Below, in pieces: positions 1 to 9,604 of a stretch of DNA of 64,000 nucleotides. Source of the stretch: a virus (Duplodnaviria > Caudoviricetes); IMG/VR virus record IMGVR_UViG_3300032038_000003, positions 146,315 to 210,314 of that record; one strand, given 5' to 3'. Both the position numbers and the translations under genes were made by a program. The stretch's first letter is position 1; each line of letters begins with the position of its first letter. The notes under the pieces were generated by a model. It was not told where the DNA came from and ran no database searches. It was given only the letters and a program-made list of their open reading frames with translations.

Positions 1-743
1 TGAGAAGCCATATTTTCTATACCAGACTGTATATCTTTAATACTGTCTGGATTAGAAATATTAAGCTGATTTACAAAAGTATAAGTCTTGCCATTCCATT
101 CTCCCTGAAAAGTTGAAAATCCATGAGATCCAAGCGTACTATGACGAGACGCTCTTTCCATAGCAGATTTTTCTGCATCTGTCAGTTTTTGACCGTTAAT
201 CTTTTTCTGCAATACATCTTCAAGCCACTTTTTCTGCTTAGAGTCTATACCAAAAAAGAAAGACCCTGGTGGATTTGTTACTGTACGAGCATTACTATAG
301 TTTTTGCTAATAGCCCCCTTATGATGTTCAACGGCAAAGCCTATTTCTGTAATACCAATATTTTCAACAGCTCTTCTTTCGGCTTCATCGTTTGATAATA
401 AATTACCAGCAAAGTCACCTATTGTTTCTGTATCGAAGGCAAGGATATTACCACCATTTTTCATGATTTTATCCAGTGCCCACCATGCTTTTCTATTATC
501 GTATAGATTATTTTCTGCTCTGTGTAATACAAAATTAAATGGTTCATTATCCCATTTTGCTTTACCTATATTTGTTAAACGTTGTGCTACAAATACATCA
601 CGAGCAGCCCAATAGTCTTCTGCGTCAGTTGTGCCTGTAACTTCCATAAACTTATCCATTGGCGTCCATTGAAGGTCTGGATTGTTCATAAAAGCAAATG
701 TATTTGGTGCTGTGTAATTACTTCCAAATAATGTAATTGGCAT
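1..743 (-). CDS. N-terminus of a large probable virion protein with a DnaQ/DEDDh-like 3'-5' exonuclease motif (runs off the window)
   Basis: Not in the ORF track. ATG at 743 behind a GGAG RBS, open frame MPITLFGSNYTAPN..., contains ILAFDTETIG...GITEIGFA (ExoI plus IxEIG motif of DEDDh nucleases). Confidence 0.75.
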   Translation of the reverse strand, partial: MPITLFGSNYTAPNTFAFMNNPDLQWTPMDKFMEVTGTTDAEDYWAARDVFVAQRLTNIGKAKWDNEPFNFVLHRAENNLYDNRKAWWALDKIMKNGGNILAFDTETIGDFAGNLLSNDEAERRAVENIGITEIGFAVEHHKGAISKNYSNARTVTNPPGSFFFGIDSKQKKWLEDVLQKKINGQKLTDAEKSAMERASRHSTLGSHGFSTFQGEWNGKTYTFVNQLNISNPDSIKDIQSGIENMAS

Positions 744-754
744 GTAAATCTCTC

Positions 755-3700
755 CTAACTATAATTAAGATTCTTAATCTGGTAATCTACTTCTGATCTG
801 GTATCCTGTCTAATATTAAAGTCAGATGAATCACCATTTATACCATTCATATAAGAGACTTGGACACTATTTAAACCGTTACTGCCTAATATTCTGGTTA
901 ATTGTGCCTGTACTCTTCTTGGGTCATTACGAGTTCTTATTTTTGGAATAGGGATATTAACTTGGTCAGCTTTCCGTTTGTTATCAGTCCAGATATCAAA
1001 TTCACCAGGATCTAATCCGTTAGCATTGACCATCTTAATCTTAACATCTTCAAGATCTGTATCTTCTTGCCATCCTACCCAATTTTCATCTGGTAATGCA
1101 TGATTTTTAAAGTATTCTGTAAGCTCTGGTTTTTCGTCAACATGCATACCCCAAGAAGCTTGTAATGCCCGTCGTAAATAACTTGGAGCTATTCTAAGTA
1201 TCTTTTGCTTTTCTTCTTCTGGTGCTTCTACTAACTTAGAATAATATTGTCTTTCTTTCTTAGGTAAAGCAGCCATTATATTTCTTACATCGTCACCAGG
1301 ATCATATCCGTACATAGTACGTTCTGCGGCCTGTTTATAAGAAATAGCTTTAATAGCATTTAATGGCAATTTTTCTACTTTTCTGTCATTAGATATCTCA
1401 GCAAGTTCTTTATTAATAGCTCTTACAACTTCTTTTTTGGATTGCCCTTTTTCTTCATATTTAGGCTCTCCATACTTAAAATTATAATTACCACGATGCT
1501 TGAAATCAAGTTTAACAAGGCGTTTGTAGTTGTTTAATTCTTGCTGTCTAGCCTTATTATCTTCGCCTTTTTGCTCTTGTTTTTCGATATATGCATCAAC
1601 ATCAAAGTGATCTTTCTTTTTAGCGAGTTCCTTATATTGATTGTAAAGTTTAGTGTTTTTAACATATTTAAGGGTATCAATATAAGTATTCATTTCTTCT
1701 TGCTGTCTACGTCTCTTAGGTCTCCATTCACGATCCTTATTAGAACCAAGATGATGTATAGTAGTTCCTATAGCTGGCACAGCAGCACCAAATATGGTAG
1801 CGATCATTTTACCGTATGGGCCTTTACCCATCATGCTACCAAGAAATGCACCGCCAACAATAGCACCAATTGGATGTTGAGAAGACAAGTCTTCTACAGT
1901 AGGAACTACGAAATCTCTAATAGGGTGATTCCAAGATTTGAAATCTTTATTATACACTTCACGTTTACGGTATTGTTCATAAGGACTTCTAATCTGGAAG
2001 AACTTATCACCTATAAACGGTAATTTAGATGCACTATGAGTTAAGGTCTCCATCATAGAACCAAAAGCTATATCTCCTTTGGAATATCTTGCATGGATTC
2101 CAGCTGGAGAATCATCGGTTTCTTTCTCTTTAGCAAGACCTTTATCAAGCATACGTCTATTAAGATTAGTACCTTTTGCATTAACGATAGCCCTAATTGA
2201 CTGTGTAGAGTCTTTATTATATTTGTTACGTTCATCAGCATCATATTGAATGGTAATACGTTGACCAGGCTTGAGATACTTTCTCAATTCGTCATTTGCA
2301 GCTTGGTTCATTGTTTTACCAGTTCTAACTGTACGCTCTCTACCAGTAGCCTTATTAATTTCTTTCTTTTCTTTAACGGTAGGCTTATATAACGTACTAT
2401 TGGACTCTGAAACATTAATGCCAGCAAATTTAATAGCGTGTTCTTTACCATATTCGTTAACAATAATGGTATTATTATCTATTATCTCTTTAACGGTAAC
2501 CTTTTCTGATTTTAAGTTTGCTGTCTTAAACTTATAATCATATACTCTTAAAGGTTCTTTTTGCTCCTGCATACGCTCACGAGCAGCTTTGACTTCTTTC
2601 TTTTCTGCTTCTGATAAATGAGCATGAGAAACTTGAGCAGATATATCTTTAAACTCTTGAGAGTACGGAGCAGTATCTGCGAGTATTTTGTATTTCTCTA
2701 CAAGAGAATATAAATCTCCTCTTGAGATTTCGCCTGTCTGTAAACCAGTATATATATCTTTCTTGGCATCATTAAGATTTTGGATACTTGAGCGTAAATC
2801 TTTTTTATTAAATCTTACTCTTGCTTTATATATATCATCTGGGTTTTCTTTATCATAATAATAAACATAACCTCTGCCCTTGGTATTATTTAAAGCATAT
2901 AAATCATAATTCATTTCGTAATAATCTTGATTACGAATATTATGACCTTGCTGGAGTCTTTTGAATTCGTCAGAACTTACGCCTCGAATATTAATCAAAG
3001 ACTCTCCAGTGCGTGAATGATAATCTTTTATTCTTGCATCTACAAGACCAGATATATCATGCTGAGCGTCATTAAATTTAATTCTTGAACCCAATAAAAC
3101 ATCTGCATCTCTAAAATGGTCTAATATTTTAGAGACAAACTCTTCTACTTGATTAAGATTTTGGATATCATATTGGTCGTTAGTAATTTCTTTAGGACGC
3201 TTATCACGTTTTAATGATTTGATATCTTCTTCTTGCTGATACGTTAAGTTAGTATCTTGATGCAAGAAATGTCTTACATGTGCAGAACGTGAGTTGCCAA
3301 TCATGCTGGCACTAATATTAAAGCTGAAATCTATATTGTTTAATCGCTCATATCCTTCACCTGGGAGCCTCTCTTCGCCATTCATGATTTTAGAATAAGG
3401 ATCGCCGTGTAAATAATCAGTAAAGTAATTAGATCCTGGCATCCAAGTAGGCATAGTATTCCTGATAGGATTTAAAAACTTTGTATCGTTATCTCTTTTA
3501 TGAATGAAACGACGAGAGATTTCCGAAAGTTCTCCGCCTAAACCACCAAGGTTCTGATTCCAAAATGATCTGTTCGCAGAATAAGCATAACTTGATGTCT
3601 CTACTTTAGTAGAGCCAATGTTCTGCTCGCCAGTAAACATAGATTGAATCAAGAAACCTTTTAAACCATAGATATTAGCAATATCGTTAAACTCTTCTCC

Positions 3701-6700
3701 GATATTCCATAAAATATCATTATCGGTTTTTTGTGATTCTTCTTCTTGATATCCTTTATCATATTCGTTTATACTAATACGCTGATTAGTACCATAAATC
3801 TTATTTAAAGAATAATGTTTAATCTCTTCGTTGACTTTATATAAGTTAAGATTTTCTGGCACGTCAACAACAGATATGCTACCAGATGGAGTAGTATAAA
3901 CATCTAATGCAGTATCGTAACGATTATAATCTCTATAAGGTAATGTAGATGATTGTAATGGGCTTGCATATTCTTTTGCTTTAGTAAATAATCTTTGCTG
4001 AAAATTCTCTGCATCTGAATATGGTAATGTTCTTACAACATCTAACTTACCAGGAGTATTAGGATTATAAGCAACGGTATATGTTTTTAAGGCATTATCG
4101 TACAACGGTGTTTGTTTAAACTGAGTAAATGTATTATTAGTTTGTGGTGTACGAGCCTCTGTTAATGTTTTAGCTGTAAATAAGTCTAACAATCTTTGAT
4201 TAGCAGCTTTATGATATTGTTCTTGAGTCTTTGTATTAATTTGATTGAATGTGTCTGTATCTATAAAAGCTTTTTCTAATGTCTTTAAAATATCGTTTAT
4301 AAAGCCAGTTTTTGCTTTTGCAAAACTAGACTGACCAGTCATTAATAACTGGCTAGGTTTTTCATCTTCTGGATTAACAGTTTTTAAAGTACCGTCTGGA
4401 TTCCAATATTCTTTGTGCATCTTATGACGGTATACCTGTCCTACAGTACCAGATACTAATGGACCAATCAAAGGAATATTTTCGCCTTTGGCAGCAGTTT
4501 CTGCATATGGTCTATCGTTATAATGCTTTTTATCCCAATGATTCGGGTCAGTAATAAAATGTCTGATAGGAGCTAATGGACTTACTAAATTAGGATACCA
4601 AGTATTTTGATAATATTCTTTACGAGAACCATACATGGTATCGCTATATTTAACATCAGCCTCTATACGACGATATATATTAGGTCTCCAGTGGTCAATT
4701 TTTGCACCAGTAAAAGGAGTATTAGAAACAGACCAGTAACGATTTTTACGTACTGGATCGTATCCTTTTTCGATATATTCCTTACGTTCTTCTGCTGTTT
4801 GACCAAGACCTAATTGATATATTCCAGGTAACTCATTAAACTGATCAGATCCTGGTGTCATTTCTTGAAGATACTTAAATATCTTTGTAAATCCTAATGT
4901 GTCACCAAGTTTGTGTGCTCCTATATCAATAGGTTTCACAACGTCTCGCATTAATGTTTTACCAAGAGTATCAGTTTTACCTTGTTCACGTTCCTCTTTA
5001 CTAGTAAATAATGGCTCAGAGAAATAGTTAATCATACCAGGAATCTGAGTTAACATGAATACTGGCAATGCTCTTTTTACTAATAAATTTCCAACTAATG
5101 CTCCAGTAGAACGTTTAGATTTAAGACTCAATCCCAATCCAATACTAGCAAGACCAGAATCGAGTACATTAAATACATCGTACAATGTAGAAGATTTTTC
5201 ATTAAAGTATTTCCCCATTGTACCATCTGCTTTGAAACCAGAAAAACGCTGTCCAAAAAATCCTTTAAGATCATCTACGAATTTTTCTTGATTTTTATCT
5301 TTTGTATCTTGTATTAAATCGCTAAAGTTAATACCTTGTTTTGTTAATATTATGTTTTTCCCATGTACTTTTGTACCATTTTTAGTGATAAAATCATCAA
5401 AGCCTTTACCAAATGCCATGTTATATGATTTATCTCTAATATTAGATGCAGCTTCTTCGTAAGTAGCATATTGAAAATTGTCTGTTTTAAATAAATTAGA
5501 ATGAGAAACTTTATCTAATAAATCATCAAAAGTATTGTCTGGGTTAAATGAATCACCTATATTTCCAGCACCACCATCACTAAGGCTTACAAATTCTTGA
5601 TGTCCAATATCTAATATATCACCAATTCTTTTTCTAATTTTTTGGCTAAATGTTAAGTTAGCAAAAGGAATGTCTTCTCTAACATCTTTATTAAGATGAT
5701 AGTTAGCCATTTGACGCATTGTTTCTACGTGATGAGGCATTTTAAATTTTTTATCTACATCTGAAATATCCCAAGCATCAAAACCAGAACCTATAAACTC
5801 TTTAGTACCTCCAGTACCAAGAGCATAAAGGTCTCCATCTGCAAATAATAAATGAAATGTTTCGTCAAAATTATTAAATCTTTTCTGAAGAGCGGTATTT
5901 ATATCATCACCTATTCTACCGCCTTTACCAGAAATATATGGTGAATAATTACCAACACCATTGATTAATGCAAATGAAGTATCTCTACGGTTAAACATAT
6001 TGTCTAACGGAGTGACTTTAATAGCACTATCAATAGGGTTAAATCCTAATACTGGTAAACCAAAATCTTTTCTTATAGAGTTAGTAAAGAATCTTAAGGC
6101 ATCTTCGCCCATCATATAGTTAATAATATTGTCGCCTTTTGCATTGATGTTTAATGCTGGATCTATAATAAATTTCTTCCAGACATCATCAAAGTTACCT
6201 AATGCACCTATTTTATCGCCTTGCTGATAAAGATAATTCGTATTAGTAAGAAAGCCTGTCATAGTTTGTAATACAGTTCTTTCGTCTTTACCAACGGTTT
6301 CGTTAAGATTTATTTTAAATTCATCAAAGAGTCTCTTTTCGTTAAAGCCTTCTTTAAAAATTAATTTCTTTTCTTTTTTGTCAATACCTTCGAAGATATC
6401 TCCAAAGGTGAGCGTCTTATATCCAGTGTGTTTAATCTGATACTGAGCTGCTTCATCAGTTAATGAGATACGACGAATAAAACGCTCCATTAAATCGGCA
6501 CTAACACTATTTCCAGACTGATTTAATCCAGCTCTGTCAATACTACGCATAATATCATTCATTTCGTATGTGTGTTTAATAAAGCTAGATTCTTTAATAC
6601 TGGCATTACGATGTTTAATTCTTTTTCGTCCATCTTCCATTAAAGCATTTGTACGTTCTTTTATAGTACGTTTAATAACATCTTTTGGTTGACCATCCAT

Positions 6701-7219
6701 TTCTTCCATAATGGATTTACGTAACGCTTTAACTTCTGCTGTAGTATAACCTCTTGTGTCTTTTTCAATCATTTGATTGAGAATATCTAAGTCTGCAACG
6801 GTATCATTAATAATACGTCTGGTATTAGTTGTGTATAATTGACCTCTTGCAAATGATTCTTTTAAATCTTGCCATAAATCATATCCAAGAGAAGAAGCTT
6901 TTTTAGCATTAAATAAGCTATGATCTGGACGCAGAAATTCTCCAGTATGACCATTAGCCCAGTTTTTCATAGCTTTTGAACGATGATATCCTTGATTAGA
7001 AGACATTTCTGCAAAGGACGCACCTACTTCTTTCATTTTGCTTGCAATAGGGCGTAAAGCACCACTCTTGTATAAAGCTACACCGCCAGCAATTACAAGG
7101 CCAGCAGTAATAGCTTTTCCAAGAGTATCATTTTGATTTGCATCCTGTTTATCATCTATTGTTTGATTAGTAAGCAAATTACTATTGTTTTGCCTTAGTT
7201 TTTTGTTCTCTAAAGCCAT
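755..7219 (-). CDS. Tape-measure-like / ejected giant virion protein (2154 aa) with degenerate PD-(D/E)XK-like and SNase-like domains
   Basis: Follows tube genes and two tail chaperones; hydrophobic Gly-rich helices; SNase-like segment VTVKEIIDNNT..KFAGINVSE..NLNRRMLDKGLA; ISGLVDA..INIRG..YVYYYDKEN segment. Confidence 0.65.
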   Translation of the reverse strand: MALENKKLRQNNSNLLTNQTIDDKQDANQNDTLGKAITAGLVIAGGVALYKSGALRPIASKMKEVGASFAEMSSNQGYHRSKAMKNWANGHTGEFLRPDHSLFNAKKASSLGYDLWQDLKESFARGQLYTTNTRRIINDTVADLDILNQMIEKDTRGYTTAEVKALRKSIMEEMDGQPKDVIKRTIKERTNALMEDGRKRIKHRNASIKESSFIKHTYEMNDIMRSIDRAGLNQSGNSVSADLMERFIRRISLTDEAAQYQIKHTGYKTLTFGDIFEGIDKKEKKLIFKEGFNEKRLFDEFKINLNETVGKDERTVLQTMTGFLTNTNYLYQQGDKIGALGNFDDVWKKFIIDPALNINAKGDNIINYMMGEDALRFFTNSIRKDFGLPVLGFNPIDSAIKVTPLDNMFNRRDTSFALINGVGNYSPYISGKGGRIGDDINTALQKRFNNFDETFHLLFADGDLYALGTGGTKEFIGSGFDAWDISDVDKKFKMPHHVETMRQMANYHLNKDVREDIPFANLTFSQKIRKRIGDILDIGHQEFVSLSDGGAGNIGDSFNPDNTFDDLLDKVSHSNLFKTDNFQYATYEEAASNIRDKSYNMAFGKGFDDFITKNGTKVHGKNIILTKQGINFSDLIQDTKDKNQEKFVDDLKGFFGQRFSGFKADGTMGKYFNEKSSTLYDVFNVLDSGLASIGLGLSLKSKRSTGALVGNLLVKRALPVFMLTQIPGMINYFSEPLFTSKEEREQGKTDTLGKTLMRDVVKPIDIGAHKLGDTLGFTKIFKYLQEMTPGSDQFNELPGIYQLGLGQTAEERKEYIEKGYDPVRKNRYWSVSNTPFTGAKIDHWRPNIYRRIEADVKYSDTMYGSRKEYYQNTWYPNLVSPLAPIRHFITDPNHWDKKHYNDRPYAETAAKGENIPLIGPLVSGTVGQVYRHKMHKEYWNPDGTLKTVNPEDEKPSQLLMTGQSSFAKAKTGFINDILKTLEKAFIDTDTFNQINTKTQEQYHKAANQRLLDLFTAKTLTEARTPQTNNTFTQFKQTPLYDNALKTYTVAYNPNTPGKLDVVRTLPYSDAENFQQRLFTKAKEYASPLQSSTLPYRDYNRYDTALDVYTTPSGSISVVDVPENLNLYKVNEEIKHYSLNKIYGTNQRISINEYDKGYQEEESQKTDNDILWNIGEEFNDIANIYGLKGFLIQSMFTGEQNIGSTKVETSSYAYSANRSFWNQNLGGLGGELSEISRRFIHKRDNDTKFLNPIRNTMPTWMPGSNYFTDYLHGDPYSKIMNGEERLPGEGYERLNNIDFSFNISASMIGNSRSAHVRHFLHQDTNLTYQQEEDIKSLKRDKRPKEITNDQYDIQNLNQVEEFVSKILDHFRDADVLLGSRIKFNDAQHDISGLVDARIKDYHSRTGESLINIRGVSSDEFKRLQQGHNIRNQDYYEMNYDLYALNNTKGRGYVYYYDKENPDDIYKARVRFNKKDLRSSIQNLNDAKKDIYTGLQTGEISRGDLYSLVEKYKILADTAPYSQEFKDISAQVSHAHLSEAEKKEVKAARERMQEQKEPLRVYDYKFKTANLKSEKVTVKEIIDNNTIIVNEYGKEHAIKFAGINVSESNSTLYKPTVKEKKEINKATGRERTVRTGKTMNQAANDELRKYLKPGQRITIQYDADERNKYNKDSTQSIRAIVNAKGTNLNRRMLDKGLAKEKETDDSPAGIHARYSKGDIAFGSMMETLTHSASKLPFIGDKFFQIRSPYEQYRKREVYNKDFKSWNHPIRDFVVPTVEDLSSQHPIGAIVGGAFLGSMMGKGPYGKMIATIFGAAVPAIGTTIHHLGSNKDREWRPKRRRQQEEMNTYIDTLKYVKNTKLYNQYKELAKKKDHFDVDAYIEKQEQKGEDNKARQQELNNYKRLVKLDFKHRGNYNFKYGEPKYEEKGQSKKEVVRAINKELAEISNDRKVEKLPLNAIKAISYKQAAERTMYGYDPGDDVRNIMAALPKKERQYYSKLVEAPEEEKQKILRIAPSYLRRALQASWGMHVDEKPELTEYFKNHALPDENWVGWQEDTDLEDVKIKMVNANGLDPGEFDIWTDNKRKADQVNIPIPKIRTRNDPRRVQAQLTRILGSNGLNSVQVSYMNGINGDSSDFNIRQDTRSEVDYQIKNLNYS

Positions 7220-7892
7220 TTAAAAGCTCCTTATTATTCCATGCCAATCCTATAATAAATGGATTATCAACCATGTTATTATTAGCATTGACTTCTTTTT
7301 GTATTTCATCTTGAAATAGAATCAATGGGTTAATCTTTTTATTTAACGCATTCTGGATATCATCTTCGTTATGAATACTTGGTTTATGTGTTTGCTGTTC
7401 TATGTCTTCAGAACGTTCGATATGATAATTATACCCTTGAAGATTAGCTATGTTTTCTGCACGAACAGTCATATCCATAAGTTTTTGCCATGTCCAGTCT
7501 TCCATTTCTTCGTATGTATAATCGCCAATAAATGCTTTGATTAAATCCATACATTGTTGATATAAATTGCTAGATGCTTTAGCGGCATCATATTCATCAA
7601 AAATATCTTGTGAACTATCAAACGCAGATAGCTTTTTTAAATATCCAGCAATAACAGAAGGCAAGACGCCAAATTCACATTCTGAAAACTCGTATCCATC
7701 TGGATGTACACATGCAATATTACAAATAGCGGTTTCTTGTTTGAACTGATCAGAATACATTTTGAGTATCATTTCGTATTCTTTAACAGTAAGTGTTCTG
7801 AATACAAAATCTTCGTTCGAAAAACGGACATAAATTAACTTATGTCCGCTGTATTCTTCTTTATAGTATTGTAATTTTTGGTCACTGATCAT
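7182..7892 (-). CDS. Tail assembly chaperone-like protein (paralogue of 7893-8483)
   Basis: Lies just before the tape-measure-like gene; shares FxFRTL..EYE.I..E..IC..CV..P with its neighbour. Confidence 0.6.
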   Translation of the reverse strand: MISDQKLQYYKEEYSGHKLIYVRFSNEDFVFRTLTVKEYEMILKMYSDQFKQETAICNIACVHPDGYEFSECEFGVLPSVIAGYLKKLSAFDSSQDIFDEYDAAKASSNLYQQCMDLIKAFIGDYTYEEMEDWTWQKLMDMTVRAENIANLQGYNYHIERSEDIEQQTHKPSIHNEDDIQNALNKKINPLILFQDEIQKEVNANNNMVDNPFIIGLAWNNKELLNGFREQKTKAKQ

Positions 7893-8483
7893 TTATAAAA
7901 CCTCGATTCCATAATCATTAGTAAAGCCAGAGTTTTCCATTATGATCTGTGCAAGTGTTCCAGGATAACCAGCGTCATCTTTACCCATAGCAGCATAATC
8001 ATAATTGTATGGAAACAGTACACATGTTTTACAAATCAGCTCTTCGTTTGTGAGCGAATCTAATGCAAGAGATGCAATTTGTTCATACTCTGCACGATTT
8101 AATGTTCTGAATAAAAAGTGTCTGTCTAAGATTTTAGTATGATAAATTCTTGAAACGCCGTATTGCTTTTTCCAAAGCTGTACTTTGGATACTCCAGGTC
8201 CACCTTCGAAAATTGGTGCATCGTTTGGATCTATAAAGTAATCGTCATCTTTATCATACGTCATTTCTCCAGGATAGATATCTGGTTTAGAGTCATAGTC
8301 AATCTCTCCAGTAATCTCTGGTTTAGCATCAGAATCTTGATTTTCATCATCGATTTCTGCTTCTGCTCTCAGAGATGCGTAGATATCATCTGGAGAATCT
8401 GGTTGCTCTTCTGTAAGAGTACCGTTCTTTTCAAACTCAAGTTTTTGTTTAGCAGCCTTCATTAAATCATCGTATTCGCTCAT
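7893..8483 (-). CDS. Tail assembly chaperone-like protein
   Basis: Acidic N-terminus; WKKQYG..FLFRTLNRAEY..ICKTCVLFP..IMENSGF; position between tube genes and tape measure. Confidence 0.6.
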   Translation of the reverse strand: MSEYDDLMKAAKQKLEFEKNGTLTEEQPDSPDDIYASLRAEAEIDDENQDSDAKPEITGEIDYDSKPDIYPGEMTYDKDDDYFIDPNDAPIFEGGPGVSKVQLWKKQYGVSRIYHTKILDRHFLFRTLNRAEYEQIASLALDSLTNEELICKTCVLFPYNYDYAAMGKDDAGYPGTLAQIIMENSGFTNDYGIEVL

Positions 8484-8494
8484 GGTAATCTCCT

Positions 8495-8857
8495 TTAATA
8501 GTAGTTATTTGTAAAATCTTGTGTTTCTAGTTCGCTTAATTTGGAATCACAATCTTCAATATCTTTATTGCAATTTTCAATGTCTTCAGATAATTGTTCT
8601 TCTTGATTATAGGTTTCAAGTTGCTTTTTGAGTTTTAATAAGTCCTTTTGCCGATTAGTTTTTTCGATTTCTATATGTTCCCATTTAGCCATTGTAAGAT
8701 AGAAACCTACATATACTGCACCAATACCAAATGTTGAAATTAATAATTGCGACAAAGAACTTAGATCGTTCTGATGATGCATTTCGTACATAGCATATCC
8801 AACAATAATGACTAATACGATTGCAATAAAAACGCCTATCCTTTTAGACATCGCCAT
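8495..8857 (-). CDS. Small membrane protein, two TM helices plus coiled coil (holin-like candidate)
   Basis: Two hydrophobic stretches followed by a charged heptad tail. Confidence 0.45.
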   Translation of the reverse strand: MAMSKRIGVFIAIVLVIIVGYAMYEMHHQNDLSSLSQLLISTFGIGAVYVGFYLTMAKWEHIEIEKTNRQKDLLKLKKQLETYNQEEQLSEDIENCNKDIEDCDSKLSELETQDFTNNYY

Positions 8858-8929
8858 AAATCTTGGCGTAGGTTTAATACGTCTTTTTTCTTTCTTTGTT
8901 TTTGTGGAATCATAAGAATATCTCCTTTA

Positions 8930-9604
8930 TTAAATATCTTTGAAGAGCGTATCATAAGAATATTTAATATCAGAAGATGATGATAATTCACTTTCTTCTC
9001 CCACGTATTTATTGTAATCTTCAGAGGCATCAGATTCTTTAATGTCTCTGGCGATAAAATTATAAGTTTCAGATATAGGATTGCCTGACGTATCTACTTG
9101 AACAGAAACACTTCTCATAAATACATCTTTAATAGTTTTAGTGTTAGCCCCATCGCCAAAAGATATTATAATATCTTTATGATTCTTTCTATAAACTTTA
9201 CTGCTGTTGTTTAAGAAAAATGGATCATAGTGAGCGTCGTATACATCTGAGCTAGTAAAATCATTATTGTCATCATCGCCATTATTTGATGAATCACTTA
9301 TCTCATTACTAGCTCCATTATTTGCTCTTTTATAAATGTCATGTAATAGGTTATCGTCAAGAACTCCAGTTTGTGGTAACCCAAATTTCTTTTGATAATT
9401 TAATATTATATTTCTAAAAGTAGAACCTACAGCACTTACTCTTGTATTAGTAATATCCCCGCCAGCTCTATCTATCAGATTTACAACCTCTTGTACGAGA
9501 GGACCAGAATAATTATTACCAGTAGAATCATAGCCAAGCGATGAAAATTGTCCATGTGTAAGGTCTCGTATGGAACTACCTTCATTTATAAACATATTAG
9601 CCAT
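8930..9604 (-). CDS. Peptidoglycan-binding domain fused to the C-terminal half of a tail-tube-like fold (baseplate hub/tube initiator)
   Basis: YQKKFGLPQTGVLD (PG_binding_1-like); DIIISFG..IKDV..SVQVDTSGNPISETYNFIARDI matches the tube C-terminal pattern. Confidence 0.55.
   Translation of the reverse strand: MANMFINEGSSIRDLTHGQFSSLGYDSTGNNYSGPLVQEVVNLIDRAGGDITNTRVSAVGSTFRNIILNYQKKFGLPQTGVLDDNLLHDIYKRANNGASNEISDSSNNGDDDNNDFTSSDVYDAHYDPFFLNNSSKVYRKNHKDIIISFGDGANTKTIKDVFMRSVSVQVDTSGNPISETYNFIARDIKESDASEDYNKYVGEESELSSSSDIKYSYDTLFKDI

Noticed and set aside
755-757. Stop-codon recoding (TAG read as Gln) as in some gut phages
   Set aside because: Genes are full length in code 11, and TAG ends genes directly before the next RBS/start
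7885-7905. Programmed -1 frameshift at the end of the first tail chaperone (GAG GTT TTA TAA)
   Set aside because: The next gene is in the same frame, and the -1 frame stops within five codons
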